NCBI GenBank assembly: GCA_963664195.1
Contig: OY760907.1
Span: forward strand, 1,792,001 to 1,856,000
DNA: 64,000 nt
Direction of reading: 5' to 3'
DNA from: an uncultured candidate division Zixibacteria bacterium
Lineage (GTDB): Bacteria > Zixibacteria > MSB-5A5 > GN15 > FEB-12
This document shows, piece after piece, positions 52,145-64,000 of the stretch (position 1 is the stretch's first letter; every line of letters begins with the position of its first letter). Below the pieces are notes generated by a model that saw only the letters and a list, made by a program, of their open reading frames with translations, searched no databases and was not told the DNA's origin. The position numbers and the translations under genes were made by a program.

Positions 52145-54539
52145 ATGAATTCATGCCCACGGCTCGTCTCGGTGGCCGTAACCGGACCATTTCACAAGGC
52201 TTTTACTTACCACCTCCCAGACCGGCAGGCGGAAATCGCGCCGGGTACGCGGGTGTTGGTTGAGTTTGGACGGAGTCGGGCAGTCGGATTCTGTCTCGGT
52301 GCATCACGCGTCAAGCCGGACTTCACGACCAAACCGATTATTCGCGTGCTCGATACAGACAGCTATTTCCCGCCGGACTTGTTTGATCTGTGCCTCTGGA
52401 TGGCGGACTACTATTATGCCAATCCGGCCGATTGCCTGGCCGCGGCGTTGCCCTCGGTGCTCAAGACCCGTCGATCAGTCGACCTCGTGTGGGCTGAGCA
52501 GGACAATGCAGATATACCGGATGCTATCGTCAGCATCTACAAACCGGGTAGGCGATTGGCCGATGTCGTCAAAGAGCATCTTCGACAGAACGACCCCGCC
52601 CTGCTCAAGCGTTTGATAGACGACGGTCAGCTAGCCGAAAACTGGCCCGTGGTCGAGGAAACAGGCCGAGCGGTAATCTCCGGCTATCGGGCTGTTCGGG
52701 TCGATGACTGGCAAAGGTTCTTCGCAAAACGACGTTTCAGGCCGGAACCGTTCGTCGGCCAACAGGACCGAAGCGAACTGTTCGCGAACGGTTGGACCGA
52801 ACACTATGTTAGAGCAGCTTCCTCCGCCGGGTTGCTCAGGCCGGTGGTGACGTCCAAGCCCGACAGCATTCTGGATTTCGTCCCGCCGAAAGAAGGCGTT
52901 ACCGATCTCACTCTCCTTGACGGTCAGCGGGCGGTGTTTGACTCGGTAATCGGGCTGCTCGATAGCGGGTTTTCCAGTTCGCTGCTTCACGGTATTACGG
53001 GTTCAGGAAAGACGCTGGTGTATTGCCATATTGCTCGCGAAGTGCTGAACCGTGGCCGGACTGTTCTCATTCTGACACCGGAGATTGCGCTATCAGGAAC
53101 GACTTTGGCGTACTTTAGAGGATTTTTCGGCGACAAAGTTACGGTCTTTCATTCGGCCATGACCCAGCGCGAGAGACTCGAGAGCTGGAATGGCGTGCGG
53201 CGCGGGAGATATCGCATCGTTATCGGTCCGCGCTCGGCTGTGTTTGCGCCGCTCAAGGATCTGGGATTGATTGTGGTCGACGAAGAGCACGACGGTTCCT
53301 ACAAGCAGGATGATCCGTCGCCCAGGTTCCACGGTCGCGATTCTGCCGTCATGCGGGCGAAAATCGCCGACATCCCTGTTCTGCTGGGGTCGGCCTCGCC
53401 GTCTCTTGAGTCGTACCACAATGCTCGCCTGGGGCGCTATCGCTTGCTGGAGTTGAAGGAACGTCCCGGTGATGCCAGACTTCCGGTAGTGCGCATCATC
53501 AATATGAAAAAGGAACGGCTCCATGGTGACCTTCCGAATCTCTCCTTCCCGTTGAAGAAAGAAATAGATCAGCGACTGGAGCGCGAGGAACAGGTCATCC
53601 TGTTTCTGAACCGCAGGGGATACTCTCCGCAATTGAAGTGTTCCGGCTGCGGTCATGTGCCGGGCTGTCCGCACTGCGACGTCAAACTCACATACCACAA
53701 AGCGGGTGCCAAGCTGTCCTGTCATTATTGCGGGTACTTGCGAACGGCATATGAGTGCTGCGAGAAATGCGGCGGAAGCCGTTTCCAGTATCCCGGCACG
53801 GGGACGCAGAAAGTCGAGGAACAGATTGCACGCTTGTTCGAGAATGCGGGCGTACTGAGATTCGACTCCGACACGGCTTCGGGACGAAAGGACGGGCACC
53901 GGATGCTGCGCGATTTCGCAGACCGGAAGCACAAACTCCTGCTCGGCACGCAGATGGTAACCAAAGGACTGGACTTGCCGGGAGTGTCGTTGGTCGGGGT
54001 GCTGTCGGCTGATCTGGGTTTGGACTTGCCGGACTTTCGATCCTCGGAGAAAACCTTCGCGCGTTTGCTGCAAGTAGCAGGACGGTCGGGGAGAGGATCA
54101 AGCCCGGGGGAGGTGCTGGTGCAGACGTACTATCCGTCGAACGAGGTCATTCAGGACGCTGCCCGACAAGACTACCTGAGTTTCTTCGACCGTGAGCTGG
54201 AGTCACGACGACTGCTTTCGTTTCCGCCGTTTTCGCGAATGGTGAAGTTTGTCCTGTCGACTGCCGACGGCGACAAACTTCAGTCTCAGACTGCATCGTT
54301 TGCCGAACGACTCAGAGGGCGGCTTGAGCGCGCTGGTCTGGAATCAGACATCCTCGGTCCGGCACCCTGCCCGATGCCGTTCCTGCGGGGCAAAGCAAGG
54401 AGACAACTGTTCATCCGCACGAAACGGGTGCAGGCCTTTCACGGGTATGCTTCGGAGCTGGGAGGAGGAGCAGACGCGTTTTGGATTGCCCTCGATAGTG
54501 AAGCTGGTGATTGACGTTGATCCTGATGACATGATGTAA
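52145..54539 (+). CDS. priA: primosomal protein N' (apparent +1 frameshift near 54437)
   Basis: GITGSGKT, DEEH, LNRRGY, two Zn fingers, QVAGRSGR; the conserved IDVDP C-terminus lies in another frame ending at 54539. Confidence 0.95.
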
Positions 54540-55002
54540 AGGGGTGCCATAATCAATCTTGGTGGCCCACTCGTGCTCCCGGTGGAATGTACTGTAACTT
54601 GCCCACGACGGCATTCAACTCTTGTCCTGGCTCGCGCGTCTGTGTAGTATGAGTCGAACCTGACATTGGGGGAATCTGTGAGTAGAGTCTTGGTAGCCCC
54701 AGAGCCATCCGGCTAGAGCGGGAATACGTCTCGCTTATTAAAGGAAACGCTGTTTTCTTTTAATGATTTTGGCTGGATTAAAATACATTTGATCAGTCGG
54801 TGGTTGGCGCAGGAGTAGAGCAAGAGGTTGACGAGGACACGCAGTGTCGCCGGCGTCTGCCGCCCACGGAAGAACCTTGGCACGTATCCTCGGTGACCCG
54901 CCCAGAGTGCGGTGGAGCGAAACGACGGGTGGGATATACGGCCGGGATGGAACCCGGCCGATCACAGGTTTGCGTCTGGCACCCATCCAACTGACTTCCC
55001 AC

Positions 55003-55031
55003 AAAAAAAACCGCCCCAAACGGGGCGGTTT
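55003..55031 (-). terminator. rplY terminator
   Basis: Minus strand AAACCGCCCCG-TTT-GGGGCGGTTTTTTTT. Confidence 0.8.
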
Positions 55032-55054
55032 CTCTAATCGAGTTTGAGAACACT

Positions 55055-55726
55055 CTATTCGGACTTCTCCTCGGCGGCGGAAGCCTCTTCGCCTTCAGCG
55101 GCAGCTTCGCCTTCTTCAGCTTCCTCAACACCTTCTTCGCCTTCAACACCACCGGCAGTGACCTCGCTCTTAATAACGGTCGGAGCGGAGATAACTACCA
55201 CCGTGCGACGCTCGGCGGTCATGATGTCGACATTCGGGATATCAAGATCACGCACGTGAATTGAGTCGCCGATGTTCAACTCGGAGACATCAATTTCGAA
55301 CTTGTCCGGAATATCCTTTGGCAGGCAGGAGATTTCGAGTTCTCTGATTGTTGCCTGCATAATGCCGCCGTCGACCTTCACGCCTATCGGCGTGCCGGTG
55401 AAGTTAATCGGCAAGGCGACGTTAATCGGTCGGCTCATGGAGATGGCATGGAAATCCACATGGATAACCTTGTTGGTGATTTCGTCGCGTTGCAGTTCAC
55501 GTACGACTGCTTTGTGCTCTTTGCCATCAACCTGGATGCTCAGAATGGAGCTGCTGTCCGCGGTCTTCATAGCCGTCCGGAACTCGTGCTCCACAACTGC
55601 CACGGCCATCGGCTCAGTTTCCGGACCGTAGATGACTCCGGGGATCTGACCGGCCATACGCGCCCGGCGGGCAAAACCCTTGCCGACCTCTTCGCGCATC
55701 ACGGCAGTCATTGGTATCTCTCTCAT
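55055..55726 (-). CDS. rplY: 50S ribosomal protein L25/Ctc
   Basis: ARRAR..G.IPGVIYG, HVDF, IGDSIHVRDL, acidic tail; after prs. Confidence 0.95.
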   Translation of the reverse strand: MREIPMTAVMREEVGKGFARRARMAGQIPGVIYGPETEPMAVAVVEHEFRTAMKTADSSSILSIQVDGKEHKAVVRELQRDEITNKVIHVDFHAISMSRPINVALPINFTGTPIGVKVDGGIMQATIRELEISCLPKDIPDKFEIDVSELNIGDSIHVRDLDIPNVDIMTAERRTVVVISAPTVIKSEVTAGGVEGEEGVEEAEEGEAAAEGEEASAAEEKSE

Positions 55727-55762
55727 TGTCCTGTATTCTCCTGTAAAGTATTGACTACTGTC

Positions 55763-56725
55763 TTATTCTAAATCATCAACCGGCTCATCGAATAGCTTTG
55801 AAACCGATTCTTCGTCGAAAATTCTCTTAATAGCTTCGCCAATCAGTTCCGAGCAAGTGACAACTTCGAATTCGTCGGTCAGGCTTCGCTGGGATTGGTC
55901 GATTGAGTCCGATATCAACATCTTTTTGATAGGCGATTTGGCCACACGGGCGATCGCGTTACCTGACAGCACGCCGTGGGTGCAGGCTGCGTAAACATCT
56001 CTTGCGCCGTTTTCCTTGAGGCATTCGGCCGCCTGGCAGAGAGAACCGCCGGTATCAATCATGTCATCGCGGATCAGCACGTTTTTGCCTTTGACCTCAC
56101 CGATCAGGTTCATCACTTTGGAGACGTTTGGTTTCGGACGGCGTTTGTCAATAATCGCCAGGGAGGCGTTTAGCGACGAGGCCGTGGCGCGGGCCATCTT
56201 CAGCGAGCCGACATCAGGTGAGGCCACTACGAGGTTCCCGACATTCAACTCACGGAAATACTCGTTGAACAGCTTGGAAGAATACAGGTGGTCATGGGGC
56301 AGATCAAAAAAACCCTGGATCTGGCTTGCGTGCAGATCCATGGTCATGATCCTGTCCGCTCCGGCGGTCGTAATCATGTTGGCCAGAAGCTTGGCGGTGA
56401 TCGCCACACGGGGGCGGTCTTTGCGGTCCTGGCGGGCATACCCGTAGTACGGGATCACGGCCGTGATCCGCATAGCCGAGGCTCTTCGTGAGGCCTCGAT
56501 GAGCATAAGCAGCTCCATCAGGCTCTCCGCGGGCGGATTGGTCGGCTGGATGATAAACAGGTCAGCTCCGCGAATGTTTTCGTTTATCTGAACGAAAACC
56601 TCACCGTCGGAGAACCGCGTCACCGTACAGTCGGTCAACTCCACACCGAGGTATGCAGCGATCTTTGTCGCCAGAGCACGATTGGAGTTGCCCGTCACCA
56701 GTTTGATGTCATTCCGAACGATCAT
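55763..56725 (-). CDS. prs: ribose-phosphate pyrophosphokinase
   Basis: FSDGE, PYYGYARQDRK, DLHASQIQGFF, DDMIDTGGS. Confidence 0.98.
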   Translation of the reverse strand: MIVRNDIKLVTGNSNRALATKIAAYLGVELTDCTVTRFSDGEVFVQINENIRGADLFIIQPTNPPAESLMELLMLIEASRRASAMRITAVIPYYGYARQDRKDRPRVAITAKLLANMITTAGADRIMTMDLHASQIQGFFDLPHDHLYSSKLFNEYFRELNVGNLVVASPDVGSLKMARATASSLNASLAIIDKRRPKPNVSKVMNLIGEVKGKNVLIRDDMIDTGGSLCQAAECLKENGARDVYAACTHGVLSGNAIARVAKSPIKKMLISDSIDQSQRSLTDEFEVVTCSELIGEAIKRIFDEESVSKLFDEPVDDLE

Positions 56726-56817
56726 GTCTCAGGCCTTCTTTACCCGGAAATTAAAACCTGATCTGTGTCAGGCAAGGCCTGCCACAAAGCAGGTTCCGGA
56801 AAAAGTCTGTTGTCTAT

Positions 56818-56889
56818 CTGGGGCGCCAGGATTCGAACCTGGGAATGCCAGCTCCAAAGGCTGGTGTCTTACCACTTGACGACGCCCCA
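56818..56889 (-). tRNA. tRNA-Gln (TTG), CCA not encoded
   Basis: TGGGGCG acceptor, TGGTAAG D-loop, CCAGC-CTTTGGA-GCTGG anticodon arm, GGTTCGAATCC T-arm; usual position between ispE and prs. Confidence 0.97.
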
Positions 56890-56906
56890 AGAATTCTGCC
56901 GGCTGT

Positions 56907-57176
56907 CTACGCTGAAGTCTGTGTTTTCAACTCCAGCTCGTAGGCCTCCAGCACGCTTTTCTCGATCAGGGTGCGCATATCCTTGTTGACCGGATGTGCA
57001 ATATCCTGATGTGTCCCGTCTGGTCTTTTCCTGCTGGGCATGGACACAAAGTACCCGCTAGTTCCCTGGATGATCTTCATCCCGCGAACGACGAAGGCGT
57101 TGTCAAAAGTCACGTTGGCAAAACCCCGGAGTTTTTCTTCGTCGCGAAGGGTAACTCGAATTTCTGTAATCTCCAC
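56907..57176 (-). CDS. spoVG: septation regulator SpoVG
   Basis: EITEIRV...VTFDNAFVVRGMKII...FVSMPSRK...DIAHPVN. Confidence 0.95.
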   Translation of the reverse strand: MEITEIRVTLRDEEKLRGFANVTFDNAFVVRGMKIIQGTSGYFVSMPSRKRPDGTHQDIAHPVNKDMRTLIEKSVLEAYELELKTQTSA

Positions 57177-57189
57177 GCAGCCTCCCCTC

Positions 57190-58104
57190 TTATGGAAGTC
57201 GTACAGGCAGGGTAACCGGTCGTACTACCATCACTCTTCCGGTCTCCTTTCCAAATAACCTCTTGCTCTTTGTTTCCGGCACACTATCAAATAAACCAAA
57301 AACTGTTGGACCTGAGCCACTCATCCGGACTATCAATGCTCCAATATCCAAAAGCTCATCCTTTATCCTTCCCAGCCCGGGGAAGGACCCAAGATGAACC
57401 TTCTCAAAGTCATTGCCGGTATGCTCCAGGGTGTCGACAAACTGACGCAAGCCCTTGCAGCGTCGAAAACTAAACGGAATCTTCGATTTTGTCAAGTCTA
57501 TTCTAAGAGCCGCATAGCTCTCTGCCGTAGAGATATGCAGGTCCGGAGTGGCCAGAACAAGCCAATAATCCGTTGGGAAGTCGGTTTCGGTGATCTTTTC
57601 GCCCCTGCCGCCGACCATCGCCTGGCCGTGCGTGAAGAAAAACGGCAGATCCGATCCTATTTCCAGCCCCAACTCCGCCATCTGAGAGAAGTCAAGCCCC
57701 AGGTCCCACAATCCACATACCGCCAGAATGGTTGCTGCGCCGTCGGCCGATCCCCCGGCCAACCCGGCAGCGATAGGAATATTTTTCTCAAGCTGCACTT
57801 GCAAGCCGTCGGTCAATCCAAACCTGTCCTGCATTAGCCGAAACGCTCTCACAATGAGGTTGCGCCCGTCGACCGGCACATCGGCGTCATTGGTCAATTC
57901 GATAGAGATATCGGAGCCGTACCTGATCCGGGTGAACGTGATCCGGTCGAACAGCGACACTGCCTGGAACAGGGAGTTGATGTCGTGGTAACCGTCGTCC
58001 CTCTTCCCGAGAACTTCAAGGAACAGATTGACCTTGGCAGGGGTGCCGATTATGACTGAATCTTGTGAAATACGCTTGGCAAACACGCCACAAACCGCTT
58101 CCAA
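57190..58104 (-). CDS. ispE: 4-diphosphocytidyl-2-C-methyl-D-erythritol kinase
   Basis: PAKVNLFL, KNIPIAAGLAGGSAD, GSDLPFF, MSGSGPT. Confidence 0.95.
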   Translation of the reverse strand: MEAVCGVFAKRISQDSVIIGTPAKVNLFLEVLGKRDDGYHDINSLFQAVSLFDRITFTRIRYGSDISIELTNDADVPVDGRNLIVRAFRLMQDRFGLTDGLQVQLEKNIPIAAGLAGGSADGAATILAVCGLWDLGLDFSQMAELGLEIGSDLPFFFTHGQAMVGGRGEKITETDFPTDYWLVLATPDLHISTAESYAALRIDLTKSKIPFSFRRCKGLRQFVDTLEHTGNDFEKVHLGSFPGLGRIKDELLDIGALIVRMSGSGPTVFGLFDSVPETKSKRLFGKETGRVMVVRPVTLPVRLP

Positions 58105-58295
58105 ATCGTGGGAGCCGGTTGTAGACCACAGGCTCCGGTTAAGGCGTTAGAATGTAACATATTGACAAAAATGCACAAGTGCAATCTGCGACCGTGTTAT
58201 TTGCTGTTCAAACTCTTGAAATCGACTGTGCGGTTGCCTATACTAGATCAATACACTCTCCGGGTCGTGCCCGGTTTCTTCAGAAGGAGATCACG

Positions 58296-60959
58296 ATGGA
58301 CCCATTTAGCGCCAAAGCCGTACTGAAAACCAAATCACAGAGCTACGATATATTCAGGCTCGACAGTCTGGCCAAGTTCGGACAACTCGATAGTCTTCCG
58401 TATTCAATCAAAGTGCTGTTGGAAAACCTGTTGCGCAACGTCGACGGCCGCGTAGTCACCGAGGACCATATCAAGACTGCCGCCGCATACAATCCCGGCA
58501 ATGTCGGAGAGATAACGATCCCGTTCAAGCCCGCCCGCGTGCTGCTACAGGATTTCACTGGCGTACCGGCTGTTGTTGATCTGGCCGCACTTCGCTCGGC
58601 GATGAAAGCGATGAACGGCGACCCGAAGAAAATCAATCCGTTGGTACCCGTCGATCTCGTAATCGACCACTCGGTGCAGGTTGATTCCTACGCAAGCGAT
58701 GACTCGCTGCAGATAAACATTGATAAGGAGTTCGAGCGTAACCGCGAGCGGTATGAGTTCCTTCACTGGGGACAGGGTGCGTTTGACAATTTCCGCGTTG
58801 TTCCTCCCGCCACCGGCATTTGCCACCAGGTGAACCTTGAGTATCTGGCCAAAGTCGTGCAGGGGCGCGATGGTGTGGCATATCCGGATACGCTCGTCGG
58901 AACTGACAGCCACACCGTGATGATCAACGGACTCGGCGTACTCGGCTGGGGAGTCGGCGGTATTGAGGCCGAGGCGGCTATGCTCGGACAGCCGATCTAC
59001 ATGCTTATGCCGGAAGTGGTCGGATTCAAACTGACCGGCGAGATTCCGCAGGGTGTCACCGGCACGGATGTCGTCCTGACGGTTACGCAGATGCTTCGTG
59101 AGGTCGGCGTTGTCGGCAAGTTTGTGGAGTTCTTCGGACCGGCGCTTGACAATATGGCCCTGCCGTCGAAAGCCATGATCGCCAATATGGCACCCGAGTA
59201 CGGCGCCACGATGGGATATTTCCCGGTTGATGCCTCCACGCTTGACTATCTGCGCATGTCCGGTCGCACCGAGGAAGAGATTGACCTCGTTGAGAGTTAC
59301 TGCAAAGAGCAGGGGTTGTTCCGCGAGCCGGGTTCGGCGGAGAAGCAGTACAAGAAAGTTGTGGAGTTGAATCTTGGCGATGTTGTGTCGTCGCTGGCCG
59401 GACCAAAACGCCCGCAGGACCGAATTGCCCTGGCGAAAATGAAATCCGAATTCAAAGCCGACCTCACTAAGCCGATCAAAGCCCGTGGATTTGAATTGCC
59501 TGAGAGCGACTTAAACAATACCGGCAAGATGAACGGTGTCGAAGTTGGCCACGGCGCGGTTGTCATTGCAGCGATAACCTCCTGCACAAACACTTCTGAC
59601 CCGTATGTTCTCCTGGCCGCCGGATTGATGGCGAAAAAGGCGGTTGCAAAGGGACTGAAAACCAAGCCGTACGTGAAGACCTCGTTGGCCCCAGGCTCTA
59701 AAGTAGTAACCCGCTATCTGGAAAAAGCCGGTCTGATTGATTCGTTTAAAGCGCTCGGATTCCATAACGTCGGATACGGTTGCACTAGCTGCATCGGCAA
59801 CTCGGGACCGCTCTCAGACGAAGTCGTCAAGGCGATTCAGGACGGTAACCTCGTTACCTCGGCGGTTCTTTCCGGCAACCGCAATTTTGAAGGCCGTGTC
59901 AGCCCGCACACTCGCGCGAACTATCTCGCTTCGCCGCCGCTGGTGGTAGCCTACGCGCTGGCCGGATCGGTCGATATTGATCTGACCACCGAGCCGATTG
60001 GAAAAGGCGCCGACGGGGGAGAGGTCTTCCTAAAAGACATCTGGCCGTCGCAAAAAGAAATCGATGAGGCCATGCAGAAGTTTGTCACTTCCGATCTGTT
60101 CCGCGAAGAATACTCCAACGTCGCCAAAGGCAGCCCCAAATGGAATGCTATCGACGGGTTCGAGGGAGACATCTTCCCGTGGGATGACAAATCGACCTAT
60201 ATCCAGCTTCCGCCGTTTTTTATCGACATGAAACCGGAGCCGGAGGATATCAAGCCAATCGAAAACGCCAAGGTCCTCGTGATGGTTGGTGACTCGATCA
60301 CGACCGATCACATTTCTCCGGCGGGCGCAATCAAGTCCGATTCACCGGCAGCAAAGTACCTGAAGGACAACGGCGTTAAATTCGAGGATTTCAACTCTTA
60401 CGGATCCCGCCGGGGCAACGACCGCGTGATGACTCGCGGAACGTTTGCCAACATACGATTGCGCAACCAACTGGTGCCGGGCACCGAGGGCGGTATCACC
60501 AAATATCATCCGAACGGCGAGATAATGGACATCTACGACGCCTCCGTGAAGTACAAAGAGAGCGGCACACCGCTTGTAGTCCTCGCCGGCAACGATTACG
60601 GCATGGGGTCATCACGTGACTGGGCCGCCAAGGGGACGAATCTTCTCGGCGTGAAAGCGGTGCTGGCGCAGAGCTACGAACGGATTCACCGTTCCAACCT
60701 CGTGGGCATGGGCGTGCTGCCGCTTCAGTTTGCCGAGGGTAACTCGCGTGAGTCGCTTGGATTGACCGGCGACGAAATATATACGATTGAAGGCCTCTCC
60801 AACGATATGGAACCGGGCGAGGAAGTCACGGTCAAGGCCGTCTCTGATTCCGGGGAGAAGACGTTCAAGATGAAAGCGCGAATCGACACACCGATTGAAG
60901 TTGACTATTATCGCCATGGCGGCATTCTTTCGATGGTGCTCCGTCAGTTGGCGAAATGA
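58296..60959 (+). CDS. acnA: aconitate hydratase A
   Basis: [60 protein letters not shown]. Confidence 0.98.
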   Translation: MDPFSAKAVLKTKSQSYDIFRLDSLAKFGQLDSLPYSIKVLLENLLRNVDGRVVTEDHIKTAAAYNPGNVGEITIPFKPARVLLQDFTGVPAVVDLAALRSAMKAMNGDPKKINPLVPVDLVIDHSVQVDSYASDDSLQINIDKEFERNRERYEFLHWGQGAFDNFRVVPPATGICHQVNLEYLAKVVQGRDGVAYPDTLVGTDSHTVMINGLGVLGWGVGGIEAEAAMLGQPIYMLMPEVVGFKLTGEIPQGVTGTDVVLTVTQMLREVGVVGKFVEFFGPALDNMALPSKAMIANMAPEYGATMGYFPVDASTLDYLRMSGRTEEEIDLVESYCKEQGLFREPGSAEKQYKKVVELNLGDVVSSLAGPKRPQDRIALAKMKSEFKADLTKPIKARGFELPESDLNNTGKMNGVEVGHGAVVIAAITSCTNTSDPYVLLAAGLMAKKAVAKGLKTKPYVKTSLAPGSKVVTRYLEKAGLIDSFKALGFHNVGYGCTSCIGNSGPLSDEVVKAIQDGNLVTSAVLSGNRNFEGRVSPHTRANYLASPPLVVAYALAGSVDIDLTTEPIGKGADGGEVFLKDIWPSQKEIDEAMQKFVTSDLFREEYSNVAKGSPKWNAIDGFEGDIFPWDDKSTYIQLPPFFIDMKPEPEDIKPIENAKVLVMVGDSITTDHISPAGAIKSDSPAAKYLKDNGVKFEDFNSYGSRRGNDRVMTRGTFANIRLRNQLVPGTEGGITKYHPNGEIMDIYDASVKYKESGTPLVVLAGNDYGMGSSRDWAAKGTNLLGVKAVLAQSYERIHRSNLVGMGVLPLQFAEGNSRESLGLTGDEIYTIEGLSNDMEPGEEVTVKAVSDSGEKTFKMKARIDTPIEVDYYRHGGILSMVLRQLAK

Positions 60960-61028
60960 AACTGAATACATGCCCCCTCGCGGGGGTATGATACAATATG
61001 ATCGCACACTTTTTGTGGAGACTGAGTA

Positions 61029-62060
61029 ATGCCAGTAGCTACGCCTGAAATCTATAACAAGATGCTCGATGCCGCCCAGGCCGGGAACTATGCCTATCCC
61101 GCTATCAACGTCACCTCGACCGAGACGGCCAACGCGGCCCTCAAGGGGTTTGCTGACGCCGGTTCCGACGGCATCATCCAGGCCTCGACCGGGGCCGGAA
61201 CGTTTGCTTCGGGGTTGAACGTCAAAGACATGGTGCTCGGGTCGATTACAATTGCCGAGCATGTCCACCGTATGGCCGAGCGGTACAACATCTATGTGGC
61301 GCTGCACACCGATCATTGCCAACCGGGCAAAGTTGACAGTTACATAAGGCCGTTGATCGAAGAAACCGTACGTCGTCGCGGGTGCCGTCAGCCGAATCTG
61401 TTCCAGTCGCACATGTTCGATGGTTCAGAGCTATCGACTACCGAAAACATGAAAATCGCCGCAGAGTTGCTTGAGTTGTGCCGCGAGAACGAGCTTATTC
61501 TTGAAGTGGAAATCGGCGTGGTCGGCGGCGAGGAAGACGGCATGGATCATTCCGACGCTCCCGCCGAAAAGCTCTACACTACTCCGGAAGACATGATTGA
61601 GGTCTACCGGGTACTGAATCCGCTCGGAGGACGGTACATGGTCGCTGCGACTTTCGGCAACGTGCACGGCATCTACAAGCCGGGCAACGTGGTGTTGAAG
61701 CCGAAAATCCTCAAAGCCGGTCAGGACGCGTTAATGAAGGAGTTTGGTCCTAAAGCGCGATTTGATCTGGTATTCCACGGCGGGTCAGGCTCGGAGCTTT
61801 CGGATATTCACGAAACGCTGGACTACGGCGTGGTGAAGATGAATGTTGACACAGATACCCAGTATCATTTCACGCAGGGTTTGCTGGCGCATGTCGATGA
61901 GTTCCGTGCGGAGATGACGCATTCCAAGACCGACGTGGCGAACAAGAAGAAATTCGATCCTCGTGTGTATCTGAAGAAGGCCGAGGAAAGCATGGCAGCG
62001 CGTGTCGGCCAGGCGTGCAAGGATTTGAAATCCGACGGCCGGTCTCTGTTCAGGCAGTAG
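61029..62060 (+). CDS. fbaA: class II fructose-bisphosphate aldolase
   Basis: LHTDHC, SHMFDGS, VGGEEDG, FGNVHG, FHGGSG. Confidence 0.95.
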   Translation: MPVATPEIYNKMLDAAQAGNYAYPAINVTSTETANAALKGFADAGSDGIIQASTGAGTFASGLNVKDMVLGSITIAEHVHRMAERYNIYVALHTDHCQPGKVDSYIRPLIEETVRRRGCRQPNLFQSHMFDGSELSTTENMKIAAELLELCRENELILEVEIGVVGGEEDGMDHSDAPAEKLYTTPEDMIEVYRVLNPLGGRYMVAATFGNVHGIYKPGNVVLKPKILKAGQDALMKEFGPKARFDLVFHGGSGSELSDIHETLDYGVVKMNVDTDTQYHFTQGLLAHVDEFRAEMTHSKTDVANKKKFDPRVYLKKAEESMAARVGQACKDLKSDGRSLFRQ

Positions 62061-62534
62061 GGGTTGTAGTTCGAAACCGTCGGTGTTATGTGGGCGGCAG
62101 ACGCCCTCGTCTGCCCCAGCTTGAATCGTGGCGGGTTCGAAGACGGACTCGCCCTACAAGACTGCGGTTTCGAAGACGATACGTGATCGGCAGGGAACGC
62201 ATCTCGATGCTTCCATCCCTGCCGATTTCTCTTTGGAGTCTTTAGACGCTCAACGTCCGGTGGGGATCTGTGCATAAGAACCAAAACGACGGGTGGCCGG
62301 GTCAAACTTGTTTGGCCCGGATTCAAGTTCCCCCCAAACAAGTTTGCAGGGGCCACCCAGATGGAGCAGCTGTCGGGTATCTCGCCCACTTGACAAGTGG
62401 CCTCGGAACCGCGACCTACGTCTGTCGAAACCACACCTATGAAAGGGCCTCCGCCTACAAGAAAGAGAGGCCGACCTATCGGTCAACCTCTCGTCTAGCG
62501 CTCAGAGATTGCGCGTCTTGATGAATCTATCGAA

Positions 62535-64000
62535 CTAAGCCGATTCCTCAATCTTGAACCGGGCCACCATTTGTTGCATCCCCTCAGCCTGGCGATTCAG
62601 TTCCTCCGCAGCGGTTGAAGACTGCTCGGCACCAGTGGCGGTTTCCTTGGTGATAGCGGCAACACTCTCAACGTTCTTTGAAATCTGGTCCACAGCCACA
62701 GCCTGCTCTTCGCTTGCCGTAGCGATCTGCCGAATCATATCCATAACGCGTGCAGACATGTTCACCACTTCGGTCAAACTGCTTCCAGCTTTGTCGGCCA
62801 ATTCACGGCCGGAGTCGACTTCCTGAACTCCTGCCTCCATCGATTTCACGGCGTCTGCCGTCTCCTGTTGGACGCCCTTGATCATATCCGTGATTTCGCC
62901 GGTGGCTGTACCCGTACGTTCAGCCAGTTTGCGAACCTCGTCGGCAACTACGGCGAATCCGCGACCCTGCTCCCCTGCCCGCGCCGCCTCAATCGCGGCA
63001 TTCAGGGCTAGCAGGTTAGTTTGGTCGGCGATATCATCAATGACGCTGACTATCTCACCGATCTGATCGGCAGACGCGGCAAGCTTGCCTATCGATTCGG
63101 CTGATTCGCGGACAGTGTTGTTGATCTTCTGCATACCTTGAATTGTCTGACTGACGATCTGGCCGCCGGCTGTCGCCGTGTCCGAGGCACTGCGAGAAAC
63201 GTCCGTTGCTTCGCCCGCGTTTTTGGATGACTCCAGTATCGTCGCACTCATTTCCTCCACCGCGGCGGAAATCTGGCCCATCTGCTGAGACTGATCACCT
63301 GCGCCTCGTGACATCTGCTCTGAAGATGAAGCGATCTCTGTGGCGGCGGTGACGAGTTGTGTGGAGTTGTCCTTAAGTTGACGCACCATGGTCGTGAGAT
63401 TCGTTACCATCGTTTTGAAGGAGCTACCCAAGACATCCCTCTCGGATTTTGGGCTAACGGTGACCGTAAGGTCATTGCCGGCTATGCCCTCGGCCGCTAC
63501 TGCCAGACTCTTCATGTAGTCTATCAGACCGCGGAACGCACTGGCCAGCGCACCGATTTCGTCGCTGGACGTGACATCGATTGTTTGGTCGATGTCTCCG
63601 ACAGCAATGCCTTCCGCCACCCCGGCCATGCTCACGAGGGGTTTGGAGATCGACTTCGCGAGGAACCAACCGGCACAGACGACCAGTAGCGCCATTATCA
63701 GACCTATTATGCAGATAGCAATTTGGAGGTCACCGACGGCAGCAAACGCCTCGCCCTCGTCAATCTCAGCCATGAGTGCCCAGTCCAGTCCGGGTATGTC
63801 CAAGGGTGCGTAGGCGGACAGCACGGAGACACCGCGATAGTCGGAGGTTATTCGTGCATCGCTCTGGCCGTTTAGAGCACTCTGGCAAGCCTCGGTCCGC
63901 ACAGCTTGCAGGCCGATTGATGTCCCCTTGGCTTTGATTTGCGCTATCGTCTGTTGGGAAACGCCGCTCGATTCGAGAGCGTCGTAGTAGCCGTCAGGAT
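62535..64000 (-). CDS. methyl-accepting chemotaxis protein (5' end outside the window)
   Basis: Cache-like [13 protein letters not shown] helix, [44 protein letters not shown]. Confidence 0.95.
   Translation of the reverse strand, partial: PDGYYDALESSGVSQQTIAQIKAKGTSIGLQAVRTEACQSALNGQSDARITSDYRGVSVLSAYAPLDIPGLDWALMAEIDEGEAFAAVGDLQIAICIIGLIMALLVVCAGWFLAKSISKPLVSMAGVAEGIAVGDIDQTIDVTSSDEIGALASAFRGLIDYMKSLAVAAEGIAGNDLTVTVSPKSERDVLGSSFKTMVTNLTTMVRQLKDNSTQLVTAATEIASSSEQMSRGAGDQSQQMGQISAAVEEMSATILESSKNAGEATDVSRSASDTATAGGQIVSQTIQGMQKINNTVRESAESIGKLAASADQIGEIVSVIDDIADQTNLLALNAAIEAARAGEQGRGFAVVADEVRKLAERTGTATGEITDMIKGVQQETADAVKSMEAGVQEVDSGRELADKAGSSLTEVVNMSARVMDMIRQIATASEEQAVAVDQISKNVESVAAITKETATGAEQSSTAAEELNRQAEGMQQMVARFKIEESA

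Overview
Bacterial chromosomal window, GC-rich. Several secreted proteins end in GNVD-x-S-x-D...MGDLTVLIDxLF dockerin-like repeats, which suggests candidate phylum Zixibacteria (inference only). Housekeeping genes include groES/groEL with a perfect CIRCE, coaX, priA, ispE-spoVG-tRNA-Gln-prs-rplY, acnA, fbaA and a partial chemoreceptor. The main finding is a ~12 kb minus-strand cluster of phage HEAD genes (8015-20210): portal, intact large terminase, prohead protease fused to a degenerate ligase-like domain, decoration protein, HK97-type major capsid, an adaptor-like protein, and two distal proteins with signal peptides. I recognised no integrase, att repeats, replication genes, small terminase, lysin, tail tube, sheath or tape measure, and a host-type sigma54-driven PEP-CTERM gene sits inside it. 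It looks like a domesticated, tail-less gene-transfer-agent-like or capsid nanocompartment system, although the capsid gene has a premature TAA 21 codons from its end. Also present: an IS256 with an 8-bp target duplication splitting a HEPN-type gene; three single genes each bracketed by direct repeats of hairpin elements; dispersed REP-like hairpins; a candidate sigma54-dependent GGA-rich sRNA; an in-frame TAG in a multidomain dockerin protein; and a priA frameshift that hints at sequencing errors.
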